Shown here piece after piece: positions 18,583 through 27,960 of a DNA stretch of 64,000 nt. Origin of the DNA: Actinomycetes bacterium. GTDB lineage: Bacteria > Actinomycetota > Acidimicrobiia > Acidimicrobiales > Bog-793. Position 1 is the stretch's first letter; every line of letters begins with the position of its first letter. Location: the NCBI GenBank assembly GCA_021798985.1, contig JAJZBI010000021.1, positions 8,573-72,572 of the forward strand. The letters are read 5' to 3'. The notes under the pieces are model-generated. The model was not told the DNA's origin and did not search any database. It saw only the letters and a list, made by a program, of their open reading frames with translations. Both the position numbers and the translations under genes were made by a program.

Positions 18583-19375
18583 GTTGGCGGTCGTCGTCAT
18601 TACCGGGGCAGCGGGGCGCATCGGGACCTACCTGCGGAGCGGCCTACGGCCCTTTGGCTGGGAGCTGCGCTTGTTGGACCGGCGCCCGATCCCCGACGAG
18701 CCCACCGCGGTGGTGGCTGACATCCGAGATCCCCAAGCGCTTGCGTCGGTGATGCAGGACGCCTTCGGCGTCGTGCATCTCGCCGGCGCAATCAGCCCGC
18801 GCGACAGCTTCGGCGACGTGCTTGCCGCGAACATCGAAGGGACCCACGCCGTGCTCGAAGCGGCACGCGTCGCCGGGGTCGAGCGGTTCGTCTTCGCGAG
18901 CAGCAACCACGCGAACGGCTTTGCCCCGCGCTCGGCGCCGGGGATCGCCGGGGCGCACGACCGGCCCGACTCGTTCTATGGGGTCTCCAAGGTCTTCGGC
19001 GAGTCGCTGTGCCGCCTGTATCACGACCGCTTCGGGATCAAGATGGCCTGTTTGCGCATCGGCTCGTGCTTCGATGTGCCACGGGTGCCGCGCATGCTGG
19101 GCAGCTGGCTCAGCCCGAGGGACGCCGCCGGGCTCGTCGACGCATGCCTGCGCAGCCCGGAGCTTGATTACAAGGTCTTCTACGCCATCTCGGGCAACAC
19201 GCGGCGGTGGTGGGATCTCGCCCCGATGCTCGAGCTCGGCTATGTCCCAAAAGACGACGCCGAGGCCTGGGCCGAGGAGGTGCTCGCCGAGTTCGGCGGC
19301 ATCGATCCGAGCGACCCCGACGAGCCGACGGGTGGGGACGCTGCCCGCCAGGGCGCGGCGGAGCCGGCCCGATGA
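18572..19375 (+). CDS. udh: Uronate dehydrogenase-like NAD-dependent epimerase/dehydratase
   Basis: ITGAAGRIG, FASSNH, DSFYGVSKVFGE, LRIGS; next to a glucarate dehydratase-like gene. Confidence 0.8.
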   Translation: MGAELAVVVITGAAGRIGTYLRSGLRPFGWELRLLDRRPIPDEPTAVVADIRDPQALASVMQDAFGVVHLAGAISPRDSFGDVLAANIEGTHAVLEAARVAGVERFVFASSNHANGFAPRSAPGIAGAHDRPDSFYGVSKVFGESLCRLYHDRFGIKMACLRIGSCFDVPRVPRMLGSWLSPRDAAGLVDACLRSPELDYKVFYAISGNTRRWWDLAPMLELGYVPKDDAEAWAEEVLAEFGGIDPSDPDEPTGGDAARQGAAEPAR

Positions 19376-20649
19376 CGAGGAACCGGCGCGACGAGCAGAT
19401 CGCCGCGGTGCGCATCACCCCGGTGGCCATGAAGGATCCGCCGCTGTTGAACTCGAATGGGATGCACGAGCCCTTCGCCTTGCGGGCGATCATCGAGTGC
19501 GAGACCGGCGACGGCTTGGTCGGCCTCGGGGAGACCTACGGCGAGCTCAAGCACCTCGAACGCTTGCGTGCCGCGGCGCCACAGCTGGTTGGCCTCGATC
19601 CCTTCTCGATCCACGAGCTGCACCGGCGCGTGGCGGTCGCGCTCGGCGAGGAGCCCGAGGGCGCCGAGCTGACGACGAGCCACTGGTCGCGAGACGTCGA
19701 GGAGACCTTCGCCGCGTTCGAGGTCGCCTGCTTCGACCTCCAGGGCCAGCGAAGCGGGCGACCGGTGTCGGATCTGCTCGGCGGCGCGGTCCGCGAGGCG
19801 GTCCCCTACAGCGCCTACCTCTTCTATCGTTACGGCGAGCACCCGATCGACCCAGGCTATGGCCCCGATGACTGGGGCGAGGCACTCGATCCGGCCGGCA
19901 TCGTCGCCCAGGCCTCGCGCATGGTCGAGCGCTACGGCTTCACCGCCCTCAAGCTAAAGGGCGGGGTGTTCCCCCCAGATGAGGAGATCGAGGCCGCGAT
20001 CGCGCTCGCCGAGGCGTTTCCGAACCACAAGGTCCGCATCGACCCGAACGCGGCCTGGGGGGTGGAGACCTCGATTCGCGTCGCCAAGGCGCTCGAGGGT
20101 CACCTTGAGTACTTGGAGGACCCCACCCCGACGATCGCCGGCATGGCCGAAGTGGCCAAGGTGGCCGCGATGCCGCTCGCGACGAACATGTGCGTCGTCG
20201 AGCTGGCACACGTGCCGCCGGCGGTCGCCGCAGACGCCGTGCAGATCATCTTGTCCGACCACCACTTCTGGGGCGGCCTCAGCGGATCGCGTCGCCTGGC
20301 GGGGTTGTGCGAGACCTTCTCGATCGGGCTGTCGATGCACTCGAACTCGCACTTTGGGATCAGCCTGGCGGCGATGACCCATCTCGCCGCGGCGACACCG
20401 AACCTCAACTACGCGTGCGACACCCACACGCCGTGGCTGGCGGGCGAGGACGTGATCAAGGAGCGACTGCGCTTTGTCGATGGCGCGATCGCCGTGCCGA
20501 GCGGCCCTGGCCTCGGGGTCAGCCTCGATCGCGACGCGCTCGGGGCGCTCGCCGAGCAGTACGTGTCGTGCTCGGTGCGCCGCCGCGATGACACCGGGTA
20601 CCGGCAGCGCTTCGACCCGAGTTATGTGCACAAGCGGCCCAGATGGTGA
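19372..20649 (+). CDS. gudD: Glucarate dehydratase-family enolase
   Basis: KDPPLLN, KLKGG, DPN, EDP, TNM, SMHSNSH, YACDTH. Confidence 0.82.
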   Translation: MTRNRRDEQIAAVRITPVAMKDPPLLNSNGMHEPFALRAIIECETGDGLVGLGETYGELKHLERLRAAAPQLVGLDPFSIHELHRRVAVALGEEPEGAELTTSHWSRDVEETFAAFEVACFDLQGQRSGRPVSDLLGGAVREAVPYSAYLFYRYGEHPIDPGYGPDDWGEALDPAGIVAQASRMVERYGFTALKLKGGVFPPDEEIEAAIALAEAFPNHKVRIDPNAAWGVETSIRVAKALEGHLEYLEDPTPTIAGMAEVAKVAAMPLATNMCVVELAHVPPAVAADAVQIILSDHHFWGGLSGSRRLAGLCETFSIGLSMHSNSHFGISLAAMTHLAAATPNLNYACDTHTPWLAGEDVIKERLRFVDGAIAVPSGPGLGVSLDRDALGALAEQYVSCSVRRRDDTGYRQRFDPSYVHKRPRW

Positions 20650-20741
20650 CCGGTGCCGTGTGGCGAGCCGTGCCCGGTTCGCTCACCACCCGCCTGCGCC
20701 AGGTCCGGGGGAACACGTTGGAAACAGAGGGGGAGTGAGCA

Positions 20742-21521
20742 GTGGAACAGTTCTTGCGTGAGCCGTGGCGGGACGGCAAGGCGGCGCTCGGCATCTGGTG
20801 CAGCGTCAGCGACACCTTGATCGCCGAGGCGCTCGCCTCGGTCAAACCCGACTACGTCTGTGTGGACATGCAGCATGGCCAGACTCATGCCGGCAACCTC
20901 GTCTCGATGATGCAGGCGGTCAAGGCCGGTGGCAGCGTGCCGATCGCCCGGGTGGCCGAGAGCAACCCGGCGCTCATCATGAAGGCGCTCGATGCCGGCG
21001 CACGCGGCGTCATCGTCCCGCTGGTGGAGAGCCGTGAGCAGGCCCAGCGCGCCGTCGAGGCCTGCCGCTTCCCTCCGCGGGGCACGCGCTCGTTCGGTCC
21101 GTACCGCGCCTCGATTACCGCCGAGAGCTCGGACCCCTACGAGCTCGAGCAGGTCGCCTGCATCGTGATGATCGAGACCGAGCGCGGGATCGCCAACTTG
21201 GAGGAGATCATCACCACCGAGGGAGTGACCGCCGCCTACGTCGGCCCGTCGGACCTCTCCCTCGCGCTCGGGCTGCCGCCCGGCTCGATCGACGCGCCCG
21301 AGTTCGTCTCGGTCCTCCAGGACATCCGCGAGGCCTGCGAGGCCCACGGCGTGGTCCCCGGCCTGCACTGCTATGAGGGGCGCACGGCGCTGCGCGCCGT
21401 CGAGCAGGGGTTCAAGATGGTCACCGTCGCGGTCGAGCTGCGCTTGCTGCGCGCAGCGCTTGCCCTCGAGCTCGACCTCGTGCGCTCGGCCCAGGCGCCC
21501 GCCGCGATCAGCGAGCGCTAG
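20742..21521 (+). CDS. HpcH/HpaI class II pyruvate aldolase (GarL-like)
   Basis: VDMQHG, ALDAGARGVIVP, MIET, YVGPSDLS. Confidence 0.88.
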   Translation: MEQFLREPWRDGKAALGIWCSVSDTLIAEALASVKPDYVCVDMQHGQTHAGNLVSMMQAVKAGGSVPIARVAESNPALIMKALDAGARGVIVPLVESREQAQRAVEACRFPPRGTRSFGPYRASITAESSDPYELEQVACIVMIETERGIANLEEIITTEGVTAAYVGPSDLSLALGLPPGSIDAPEFVSVLQDIREACEAHGVVPGLHCYEGRTALRAVEQGFKMVTVAVELRLLRAALALELDLVRSAQAPAAISER

Positions 21522-21525
21522 CGCC

Positions 21526-22389
21526 ATGGCCCTCCAATTCGCCGCCAACCTCTCCATCATCTTCACCGAGCTGCCGCTGCTTGAGCGCCCCGCCGCCGCC
21601 GCGGCCGCCGGGTTCTCGGCCGTCGAGTCGTGGTGGCCCTTTGCCGCTTCGGTGCCGACCGACCAGGAGCTCGCGGACTTCGAGGAGGCGATCGGCGAGG
21701 CCGGCGTCTCGTTGATCGCGCTCAACCTGGACGGCGGTGACCTTGCCGCTGGCGAGCGGGGCATCGCCTCACACCCCGGGGTGGACCAGCGCTTTGCCGA
21801 CAACCTCTCGTGCGCGCTCGGGATCGCAAAGCGCCAGGGCGTCCGCGTCATGAACGCGCTGTATGGCAACGCGGTCGAGGGCATGACGCGCGCGGTCCAG
21901 GACGATCTCGCCATCGAGCGCCTGGTGGTCGCCGCCAAGGCCGCCGAGGAGGTCGGGGCGCGCATCGTCGTCGAGACCCAGAATCACCTCGACAGCCCGC
22001 GGTACCCGCTGCGCACGCCTGCGGAGGTCATCGCGCTGTGTGAGAAGGTGCGCGCTGAGGGCGCCGGCGCCATCGGGTGGCTCTGTGACCTCTACCACGT
22101 GGCGATGGAGCAGATGGACCCGACGGCCGAGCTCGAGGCGCACTTCGCCGACATCGATCACGTCCAGATCGCCGACGCGCCCGGCCGCCACGAGCCGGGC
22201 AGCGGGTCGATCGACTTTCGCCGGGCGCTCGGGCGCCTGGTCGAGCTCGGCTATGACGGCTACGTCGCCTGCGAGTACCGCCCGAGCGGTCGAAGCGAGG
22301 AGAGCTTCGCCTGGCGGGCCGCGTTCGAGTCGCCCGACAGCACCGCAGCACCAAGCAACGGTCAAAGCGAGCAAGGAGCACGAGGGTGA
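21526..22389 (+). CDS. hyi: Hydroxypyruvate isomerase-family TIM barrel
   Basis: FAANLSIIFTELPLLER, CDLYH, HVQIADAPGRHEPGSG. Confidence 0.85.
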   Translation: MALQFAANLSIIFTELPLLERPAAAAAAGFSAVESWWPFAASVPTDQELADFEEAIGEAGVSLIALNLDGGDLAAGERGIASHPGVDQRFADNLSCALGIAKRQGVRVMNALYGNAVEGMTRAVQDDLAIERLVVAAKAAEEVGARIVVETQNHLDSPRYPLRTPAEVIALCEKVRAEGAGAIGWLCDLYHVAMEQMDPTAELEAHFADIDHVQIADAPGRHEPGSGSIDFRRALGRLVELGYDGYVACEYRPSGRSEESFAWRAAFESPDSTAAPSNGQSEQGARG

Positions 22390-23276
22390 AGGTCGCATTC
22401 ATCGGTCTCGGGGTGATGGGCGCCCCGATGGCGCGCAACCTGGTCAAGGCTGGCCACGAGGTGACCGGCTTCGACGTCGTGGACAAGGGCGTCCAAGCGC
22501 TCGTCGAGGCGGGCGGCAAGAAGGCCGAGTCGATCAAAGCGGCGCTCGAGGGGGCCGAGGTGGCGATCACGATGCTGCCCGACTCCCCCCAGGTTGAAGC
22601 GGTCGCGTTCGGTGAGGAGGGGCTGCTCGCGTCGGCGAAGGCGGGCCTGCTCTACATCGACAACAGCTCGATCGCCCCGCCGGTCGCCCGCCGCGTCTCT
22701 GCCGCCGCGCGCGAGCGCGGCCTGCGCCCCCTCGACGCGCCCGTGAGCGGCGGCGAGGCCGGCGCGATCGAGGGCAGCCTGTCGATCATGGTCGGCGGGA
22801 AGGCCGAGGACTTCGAGGAGGCTCGCCCGCTGCTCGAGGCGATGGGCTCGACGGTTGCCCACGTGGGAGGCGACGGCGCCGGCCAGACGGTCAAGGTGGC
22901 CAACCAGCTCGTCGTTGCCGGGGTGATCGAGGCGGTCGCCGAGGCCACCGTCTTGCTGCAGGCCTCCGACGTGGACGTCCCTGCGGCCTTGGACGTGTTG
23001 GCGGGTGGGTTGGCCGGCAACCGGATCTTGGACCGTAAGCGGGCCTCGATGCTGGCGGGGGACTTCAAGCCCGGCTTCCGGGTCGACCTGCACCACAAGG
23101 ACCTCGGCAACTTGCTGGCGACGGCGCGCGAGGCGGGCGTCTCGTTGCCACTCGGTGGCCTCGTCGCCGAACTGATGGCGGCGCTGCGCGCCCGTGGCGG
23201 CGGCTCGCTTGACCACTCGGCGCTGTTGTTGTTAGTCCAGGCGATGTCGGGTCGCGACGGCTCGGCCACCAAGTGA
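22386..23276 (+). CDS. garR: 2-hydroxy-3-oxopropionate (tartronate semialdehyde) reductase
   Basis: FIGLGVMG, TMLPDSPQV, DAPVSGG, VKVANQ, FKPGFRVDLHHKD. Confidence 0.88.
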   Translation: MKVAFIGLGVMGAPMARNLVKAGHEVTGFDVVDKGVQALVEAGGKKAESIKAALEGAEVAITMLPDSPQVEAVAFGEEGLLASAKAGLLYIDNSSIAPPVARRVSAAARERGLRPLDAPVSGGEAGAIEGSLSIMVGGKAEDFEEARPLLEAMGSTVAHVGGDGAGQTVKVANQLVVAGVIEAVAEATVLLQASDVDVPAALDVLAGGLAGNRILDRKRASMLAGDFKPGFRVDLHHKDLGNLLATAREAGVSLPLGGLVAELMAALRARGGGSLDHSALLLLVQAMSGRDGSATK

Positions 23277-23974
23277 GCGGGGCGCTCGCCCGCCTGGCGG
23301 GCTACGACAGCCCGACGCTGTCCAATGCCATCGAGGCGTTCGGCGTGCGGGGATTTGAGGTGGGCTTTTGCGGCCACGGCCTGAAGCACCTCGTCGGCGG
23401 GCCGGGCCCGCTCGTCGGCCGGGCGGTAACCGCCACGATGGGCTCGCGCGAAAAGCGCCCCGATGCCGAACAGCGAGCCGCGCTCTATGAGGCGGTCGCG
23501 GCGGTCGACGATCCGGTCGTGCTCGTCATCGTCGATGAGGACGAGCGACCCGGCCATGGCGCCTTCCTCGGCGAGGTCCAGGCGACGCTCTTTCGCCAGC
23601 TCGGCGCGGTCGGCATCGCCACGAACGGAGCGGTGCGCGACCTCGAGCAGCTCCGCGGCCTCGGCTTTGGCGCCTACGCCGGAGGCGTCGCCGTGAGCCA
23701 CGCCTACGCGCACCTGCATGCCGTCAACGTGCCGGTCGTGCTCGATCAGATGGAGATCGCCCCGGGCGATGTCCTGCACGCGGACGAGCACGGCGTGCTG
23801 GCGGTGCCGAGCGAGCTCGTGGAGCGCCTCCCGGCGGTCGCCGACGCGATCATCGCCGCCGAGGGCGACGTGTTGGCGTGGGTGGGCAGCCCGCAGTTCG
23901 CCACCGCCGAGATCCTCGAGCGGCTCGCCGCGGTGAAGACCGCAGCGGCGGGAGCGGTTCGAACGACCGAGTGA
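23273..23974 (+). CDS. RraA/HMG-aldolase family protein
   Basis: DSPTLSNA, VGRAVT, GEVQ, NGAVRD, PGDVLHADEHGV. Confidence 0.85.
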   Translation: MSGALARLAGYDSPTLSNAIEAFGVRGFEVGFCGHGLKHLVGGPGPLVGRAVTATMGSREKRPDAEQRAALYEAVAAVDDPVVLVIVDEDERPGHGAFLGEVQATLFRQLGAVGIATNGAVRDLEQLRGLGFGAYAGGVAVSHAYAHLHAVNVPVVLDQMEIAPGDVLHADEHGVLAVPSELVERLPAVADAIIAAEGDVLAWVGSPQFATAEILERLAAVKTAAAGAVRTTE

Positions 23975-24197
23975 GCGCCGAGCTCGCGCGGCGACCATGG
24001 CGCCGCCAGGGGGACTGGCGCGAGCGAGCGCGCCCGGGCGGCGCCGAGCCCAAGCGAGTGGCACGCGGCGCCGCTTGGGGACGGCGCGTCGGTGACCCCG
24101 GTCGGTTGAGCCGAGCTCCTCGCCGTGGCTGGGAGGACTCCCTGGCGCCGTTCCCCGTCTCGGCGGGTGCGCCCGTTGGGCCGATAATGGAGCAGCG

Positions 24198-27026
24198 ATG
24201 CCCGGCGACCTTCCCTGTGCCTACTGCGGGTCGCGCCATGGGCGCGCGGCGGAGGTGCGCGCCTGCTGGCAGCGCTCGCTCGCCGGCGCCGCCCCGGTCG
24301 CTCCCCGGGCCGAGCTGACCGCTTCCCGGGCCGAGCGGACCGCCGAGCCGGCTGTTGCGCGCGGCGAGCTGCCGCAGCGAGCCATCGGGGCGGTCCTCGG
24401 CCGAAGCGTCCTCGTCGCTCCCGGCCAGCCGCCTCCGCCGGCGTGGGCGGGCTGTGTGCGTTGGGGGGGAGGGCTCGACGAGCTGGAGGAGGCCTGGCGC
24501 ACCCGCACGCCACTCGTGATCGAGACCGACGAGGATCCGCCGGGCGACGAGGTGGAGCGGCGCCCGGTCTGGTCGCTTTCGCCCAGCTTCGCCTTCCCCG
24601 GTGAACGGCGGGCCCACGCCGGCTTCGCGAACGCCGTCGATGCCCGCGGCGGCGCGATGCGCTGGCCGCTCGCCGAGCTGGCCGTGCACCTCGGTGCCAA
24701 GGCCACCGGCCCCGCCGACGTCGTCCTGCCCGACGGTCGCCCGGCCTATCTCGACGGCGGGCCGCTTGCATGGCAACGCGAGCTCGACGGCGCCTGTGTC
24801 ATCGCGCGCGCCTGCGTGCTCGCCGGATCGCTCGCCGGCTTCGGGGACAACGTCGGCCCTGCCGACCTCGCGCCCGACCAGCTGGCCGCCGTCACCCACC
24901 CCGGCGGTGCGGCGCGCATCGTCGCGCCGGCGGGCTCGGGAAAGACCCGGGTGCTGACCGAGCGAGCTCGCCACCTGCTCCGCCGATGGAACCTCCCCGC
25001 GTCGGCCCTCACCCTCGTCGCCTTCAACAAGCGGGCGGCACAAGAGATGCGAGCGCGTACCGCGGACCTCCCCGAGCTTCGCGTCCAGACGCTCAACGCG
25101 CTCGGCCTCTCCCTGGTCGCGGCCAGCGAGGCGAGGGCGACGATCGAAGAGCGCGAGGTCCGCTCCATCCTCGACACCCTCGTCGACCTTCCACGGCGCG
25201 CCAACTCCGATCCCGCGGCGGCATGGATCGAGGCGCTCTCCGAGGTCCGCCTCGGGCTCCAGCCGCCGTCGGCCGTGGAGGCCGCCTATCGTGGCGACGT
25301 CGACGGGCTCGCTGAGGTCTTCGACCGCTATCGCGCCGTGCTTGCGCAGCGCCAGGTCGTCGACTTCGACGAGCAGATCTACCGGGCGATCGAGATCCTC
25401 CTCGCGGATCCCGCTACGCGCCGCCGGGCGCAGGCGGCTTGCCAGTTTCTGCTCGTCGACGAGTTCCAGGACCTCACCCCGGCCCACCTCCTCTTGATCC
25501 GTCTGCTGGCCGGCGGTGACGGGGCGGTCTTTGGCGTCGGTGACGACGACCAGACCATCTACGGCTACGCGCACGCCTCGCCGGAGTGGCTGATCGACTA
25601 CCGCCGCTTCTTCCCGACCGCTGGACAGCACGACCTCGAGGTCAACTACCGCTGTCCGCCTTCGGTCATCGACGCCGCCCGGTGCCTGCTCACCCACAAC
25701 ACCTACCGCGTCGACAAGCGCATCGCTGCCGCACCCGGCCGGGTCGCGCAGCCCGGCGAATTCGAGGTGATCGCTGGCGAGGACCCCGTGTCGGCAACCC
25801 TCGAGCGCGTCGCCGCGCGACTTCACGGCGGGGCCGCGCCAAGTCAGGTGGCGGTGCTCAGCCGGGTGAACGCCTCGCTCGCCGCCGTCCAGGTCGGCCT
25901 CGTGCACCGGGGCTTTCCCGTCCAGCCGGCCGTCGACGTCACCTACCTCGCCCGCAACGGGGTGCAGACCGCCCTTTCCTGGCTCCGTATCGGACTCGCC
26001 GCCGAGGGCCGCCTGTCGGGCGCCGACCTCGCCGACGCCGCTCGTCGCCCGTCCCGGGCGCTCTCGCGCCGGGTCGTCGAGTGGATCGGCGAGCAGCGCT
26101 CGATCGCCGGACTCGAACGGCTCGCCCGTCGCGTCGCCCCGCGCGACGGCGACAAGATCTCTGGCTTCGCCGCCGATCTTGGTGCGCTGCGGGCACGCGC
26201 CGTCTCGGCGACAACGGGCGAAGTGCTTTGCTTCGTCCGCGACGAGGTCGGCCTCGATCGGGCGATGGAGCTGCTCGAGGGTTCGCGTCGGCGGCTTGAC
26301 CGCTCGGCCCAGACCGACGACCTCGACGCGCTTGTCGCCCTGGCCGGCCTGCACCCCGAGCCCGAGGGCTTTGAGGACTGGCTCCGACGCTCACTTTCGG
26401 ATCGGGGCGATCCCGACGGCGTCGTGCTCTCGACCATCCACCGGGTAAAGGGGCGGGAGTGGCCACACGTCATCGTGCACGAGGCGACCGCCGGGTTGCT
26501 GCCGCACCGCCTCGCCGAGGACGTCGAAGAGGAGCGCCGGGTGTTTCACGTCGCGATCACCCGTGCCTCGTGCTCGCTGGTGGTCGTGGCCGGCGACCCA
26601 CCGTCGCCCTTTATCGCCGACCTCGCCCGGGCGTTCGATCCGGCGAGCGCTCGTCGCGCGGCGCCCCCGCCAGCGTCGCCGCAGCGAGCTCGGCCCGATC
26701 GCCGACCGCTGGGGCGTCGCGTCACCGAGCCGGCCGCAGGTGCCGCGCCGTCCGGCGCCACGGGCAGCGACGAGGCGACCGCCGACCAAGCCCGCCAGGC
26801 ACTTCGCGCCTGGCGATCCGAGCGGGCAAGCGCCGAGCACAAGCCGGCCTACGTCTACCTCCACGACCGCACGATCGAGGCGCTGGCGAGCGCCATGCCA
26901 TCGACGATGGAGCAGTTGTCTTCCATCGAGGGGATCGGGCCGGCCAAGCGCGAGGCCTACGGAGACGAGCTGCTGGCGCTGCTCGCTCGGATCACCGCCG
27001 AGACCGGCGGCACGCATGCGCCCTGA
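24198..27026 (+). CDS. UvrD2-like SF1 helicase with C-terminal HRDC domain and ~220-aa N-terminal extension
   Basis: APAGSGKT, AFNKRAA, DEFQD, VGDDDQTIY, NYR, STIHRVKGREW, EERRVFHVAITRA; HRDC LRAWRSERA...GIGPAK. Confidence 0.9.
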   Translation: MPGDLPCAYCGSRHGRAAEVRACWQRSLAGAAPVAPRAELTASRAERTAEPAVARGELPQRAIGAVLGRSVLVAPGQPPPPAWAGCVRWGGGLDELEEAWRTRTPLVIETDEDPPGDEVERRPVWSLSPSFAFPGERRAHAGFANAVDARGGAMRWPLAELAVHLGAKATGPADVVLPDGRPAYLDGGPLAWQRELDGACVIARACVLAGSLAGFGDNVGPADLAPDQLAAVTHPGGAARIVAPAGSGKTRVLTERARHLLRRWNLPASALTLVAFNKRAAQEMRARTADLPELRVQTLNALGLSLVAASEARATIEEREVRSILDTLVDLPRRANSDPAAAWIEALSEVRLGLQPPSAVEAAYRGDVDGLAEVFDRYRAVLAQRQVVDFDEQIYRAIEILLADPATRRRAQAACQFLLVDEFQDLTPAHLLLIRLLAGGDGAVFGVGDDDQTIYGYAHASPEWLIDYRRFFPTAGQHDLEVNYRCPPSVIDAARCLLTHNTYRVDKRIAAAPGRVAQPGEFEVIAGEDPVSATLERVAARLHGGAAPSQVAVLSRVNASLAAVQVGLVHRGFPVQPAVDVTYLARNGVQTALSWLRIGLAAEGRLSGADLADAARRPSRALSRRVVEWIGEQRSIAGLERLARRVAPRDGDKISGFAADLGALRARAVSATTGEVLCFVRDEVGLDRAMELLEGSRRRLDRSAQTDDLDALVALAGLHPEPEGFEDWLRRSLSDRGDPDGVVLSTIHRVKGREWPHVIVHEATAGLLPHRLAEDVEEERRVFHVAITRASCSLVVVAGDPPSPFIADLARAFDPASARRAAPPPASPQRARPDRRPLGRRVTEPAAGAAPSGATGSDEATADQARQALRAWRSERASAEHKPAYVYLHDRTIEALASAMPSTMEQLSSIEGIGPAKREAYGDELLALLARITAETGGTHAP

Positions 27027-27160
27027 CCGCACGCTCGTGGGCGGGGGGGTGGACTACGGCGGTCGGCGCCGCTCGCCGGCGGGTCCGGGTCGCGGAGCGG
27101 CGTGGGTGCAGGCGTTTTGACGAAGCGCAGCCGAGAACACGCTTCCTTCGACGAGCGGCA

Positions 27161-27188
27161 GGGTGCGCAGTGACGGGTGCGCAGTGAC
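27161..27188 (+). repeat. Perfect 14-bp tandem duplication
   Basis: gggtgcgcagtgac x2 in the intergenic region upstream of the antitoxin. Confidence 0.9.
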
Positions 27189-27269
27189 GGGGCTTGCCCA
27201 CCGGCGGCGCAGCCGGCCGGCACCAGCCGCCCCACGCTGGGGCAGCGCGTTTGTGCTACCAAGTTATAC

Positions 27270-27545
27270 ATGAGCTCGGTGGGCATCCGAGAGCTCCGCC
27301 AACAGGCGAGCACGGTGTTGCGCCGCGTGCTGCATGGCGAGCGGATCGAGGTCACCGAGCACGGCCGGCCGATCGCCTGCATCGTGCCGCTCTCCAAGGA
27401 CCCGCTCACCCAGCTGATCGCCGAGGGCCGGGCGAGCGAAGCCGACGGCGAGCTGCTCGGGCTCGCGGATTCGCTGGCCACCGCGAGGCGAGGAGGCACC
27501 TCGCCGTCGGCCGCCCTTGCCGAGCTGCGCGCCGACGAGCGCTAA
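27270..27545 (+). CDS. vapB: Phd/YefM-family antitoxin (VapB)
   Basis: VGIRELRQQAS...VTEHGRPIA; no SD upstream, so probably leaderless. Confidence 0.9.
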   Translation: MSSVGIRELRQQASTVLRRVLHGERIEVTEHGRPIACIVPLSKDPLTQLIAEGRASEADGELLGLADSLATARRGGTSPSAALAELRADER

Positions 27546-27548
27546 GCC

Positions 27549-27941
27549 GTGGCGGTGTACCTCGATTCCTCGGCGTTCGTGAAGCTGGTGGTCGCCGAAG
27601 CGGAGTCGACGGCGTTGCGATCCGAGCTGGCCAAGCACCCAACGCGGGCGTCGAGTCAGCTCTTGCGCACCGAAGTCGTGCGCGCCCCTCGCCGCGCCCA
27701 GCACCACGTCGAGGTGGGGCGAGCGCGAAGAGCCTTCCGCTCCCTCCATTTGATCGAGTTGGTTCCCACCCTGCTCGACCGCGCGGCCGAGCTCGACCCG
27801 GACGGGCTGCGGTTGCTCGATGCGATCCACGTCGCATCGGCGCTCTTCCTCGTCGTTGGCCTCAAGTGCGCGATCACCTACGACGCGCGTCAGCGACGGG
27901 CGTTCGAGCTCGCCGGGATCGAGGTCCGCGAACCGAGCTGA
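27549..27941 (+). CDS. vapC: PIN-domain toxin (VapC)
   Basis: YLDSSAFVKL, TEV, LDAIHVASA, TYD acidic quartet. Confidence 0.9.
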   Translation: MAVYLDSSAFVKLVVAEAESTALRSELAKHPTRASSQLLRTEVVRAPRRAQHHVEVGRARRAFRSLHLIELVPTLLDRAAELDPDGLRLLDAIHVASALFLVVGLKCAITYDARQRRAFELAGIEVREPS

Positions 27942-27960
27942 GCCCGCCAGCGGGCTCAGC
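27937..27960. terminator. 10-bp hairpin carrying both convergent stop codons
   Basis: gctgagcccg-ccag-cgggctcagc; vapC TGA at 27939-27941 and minus-strand TGA at 27956-27958. Confidence 0.6.
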
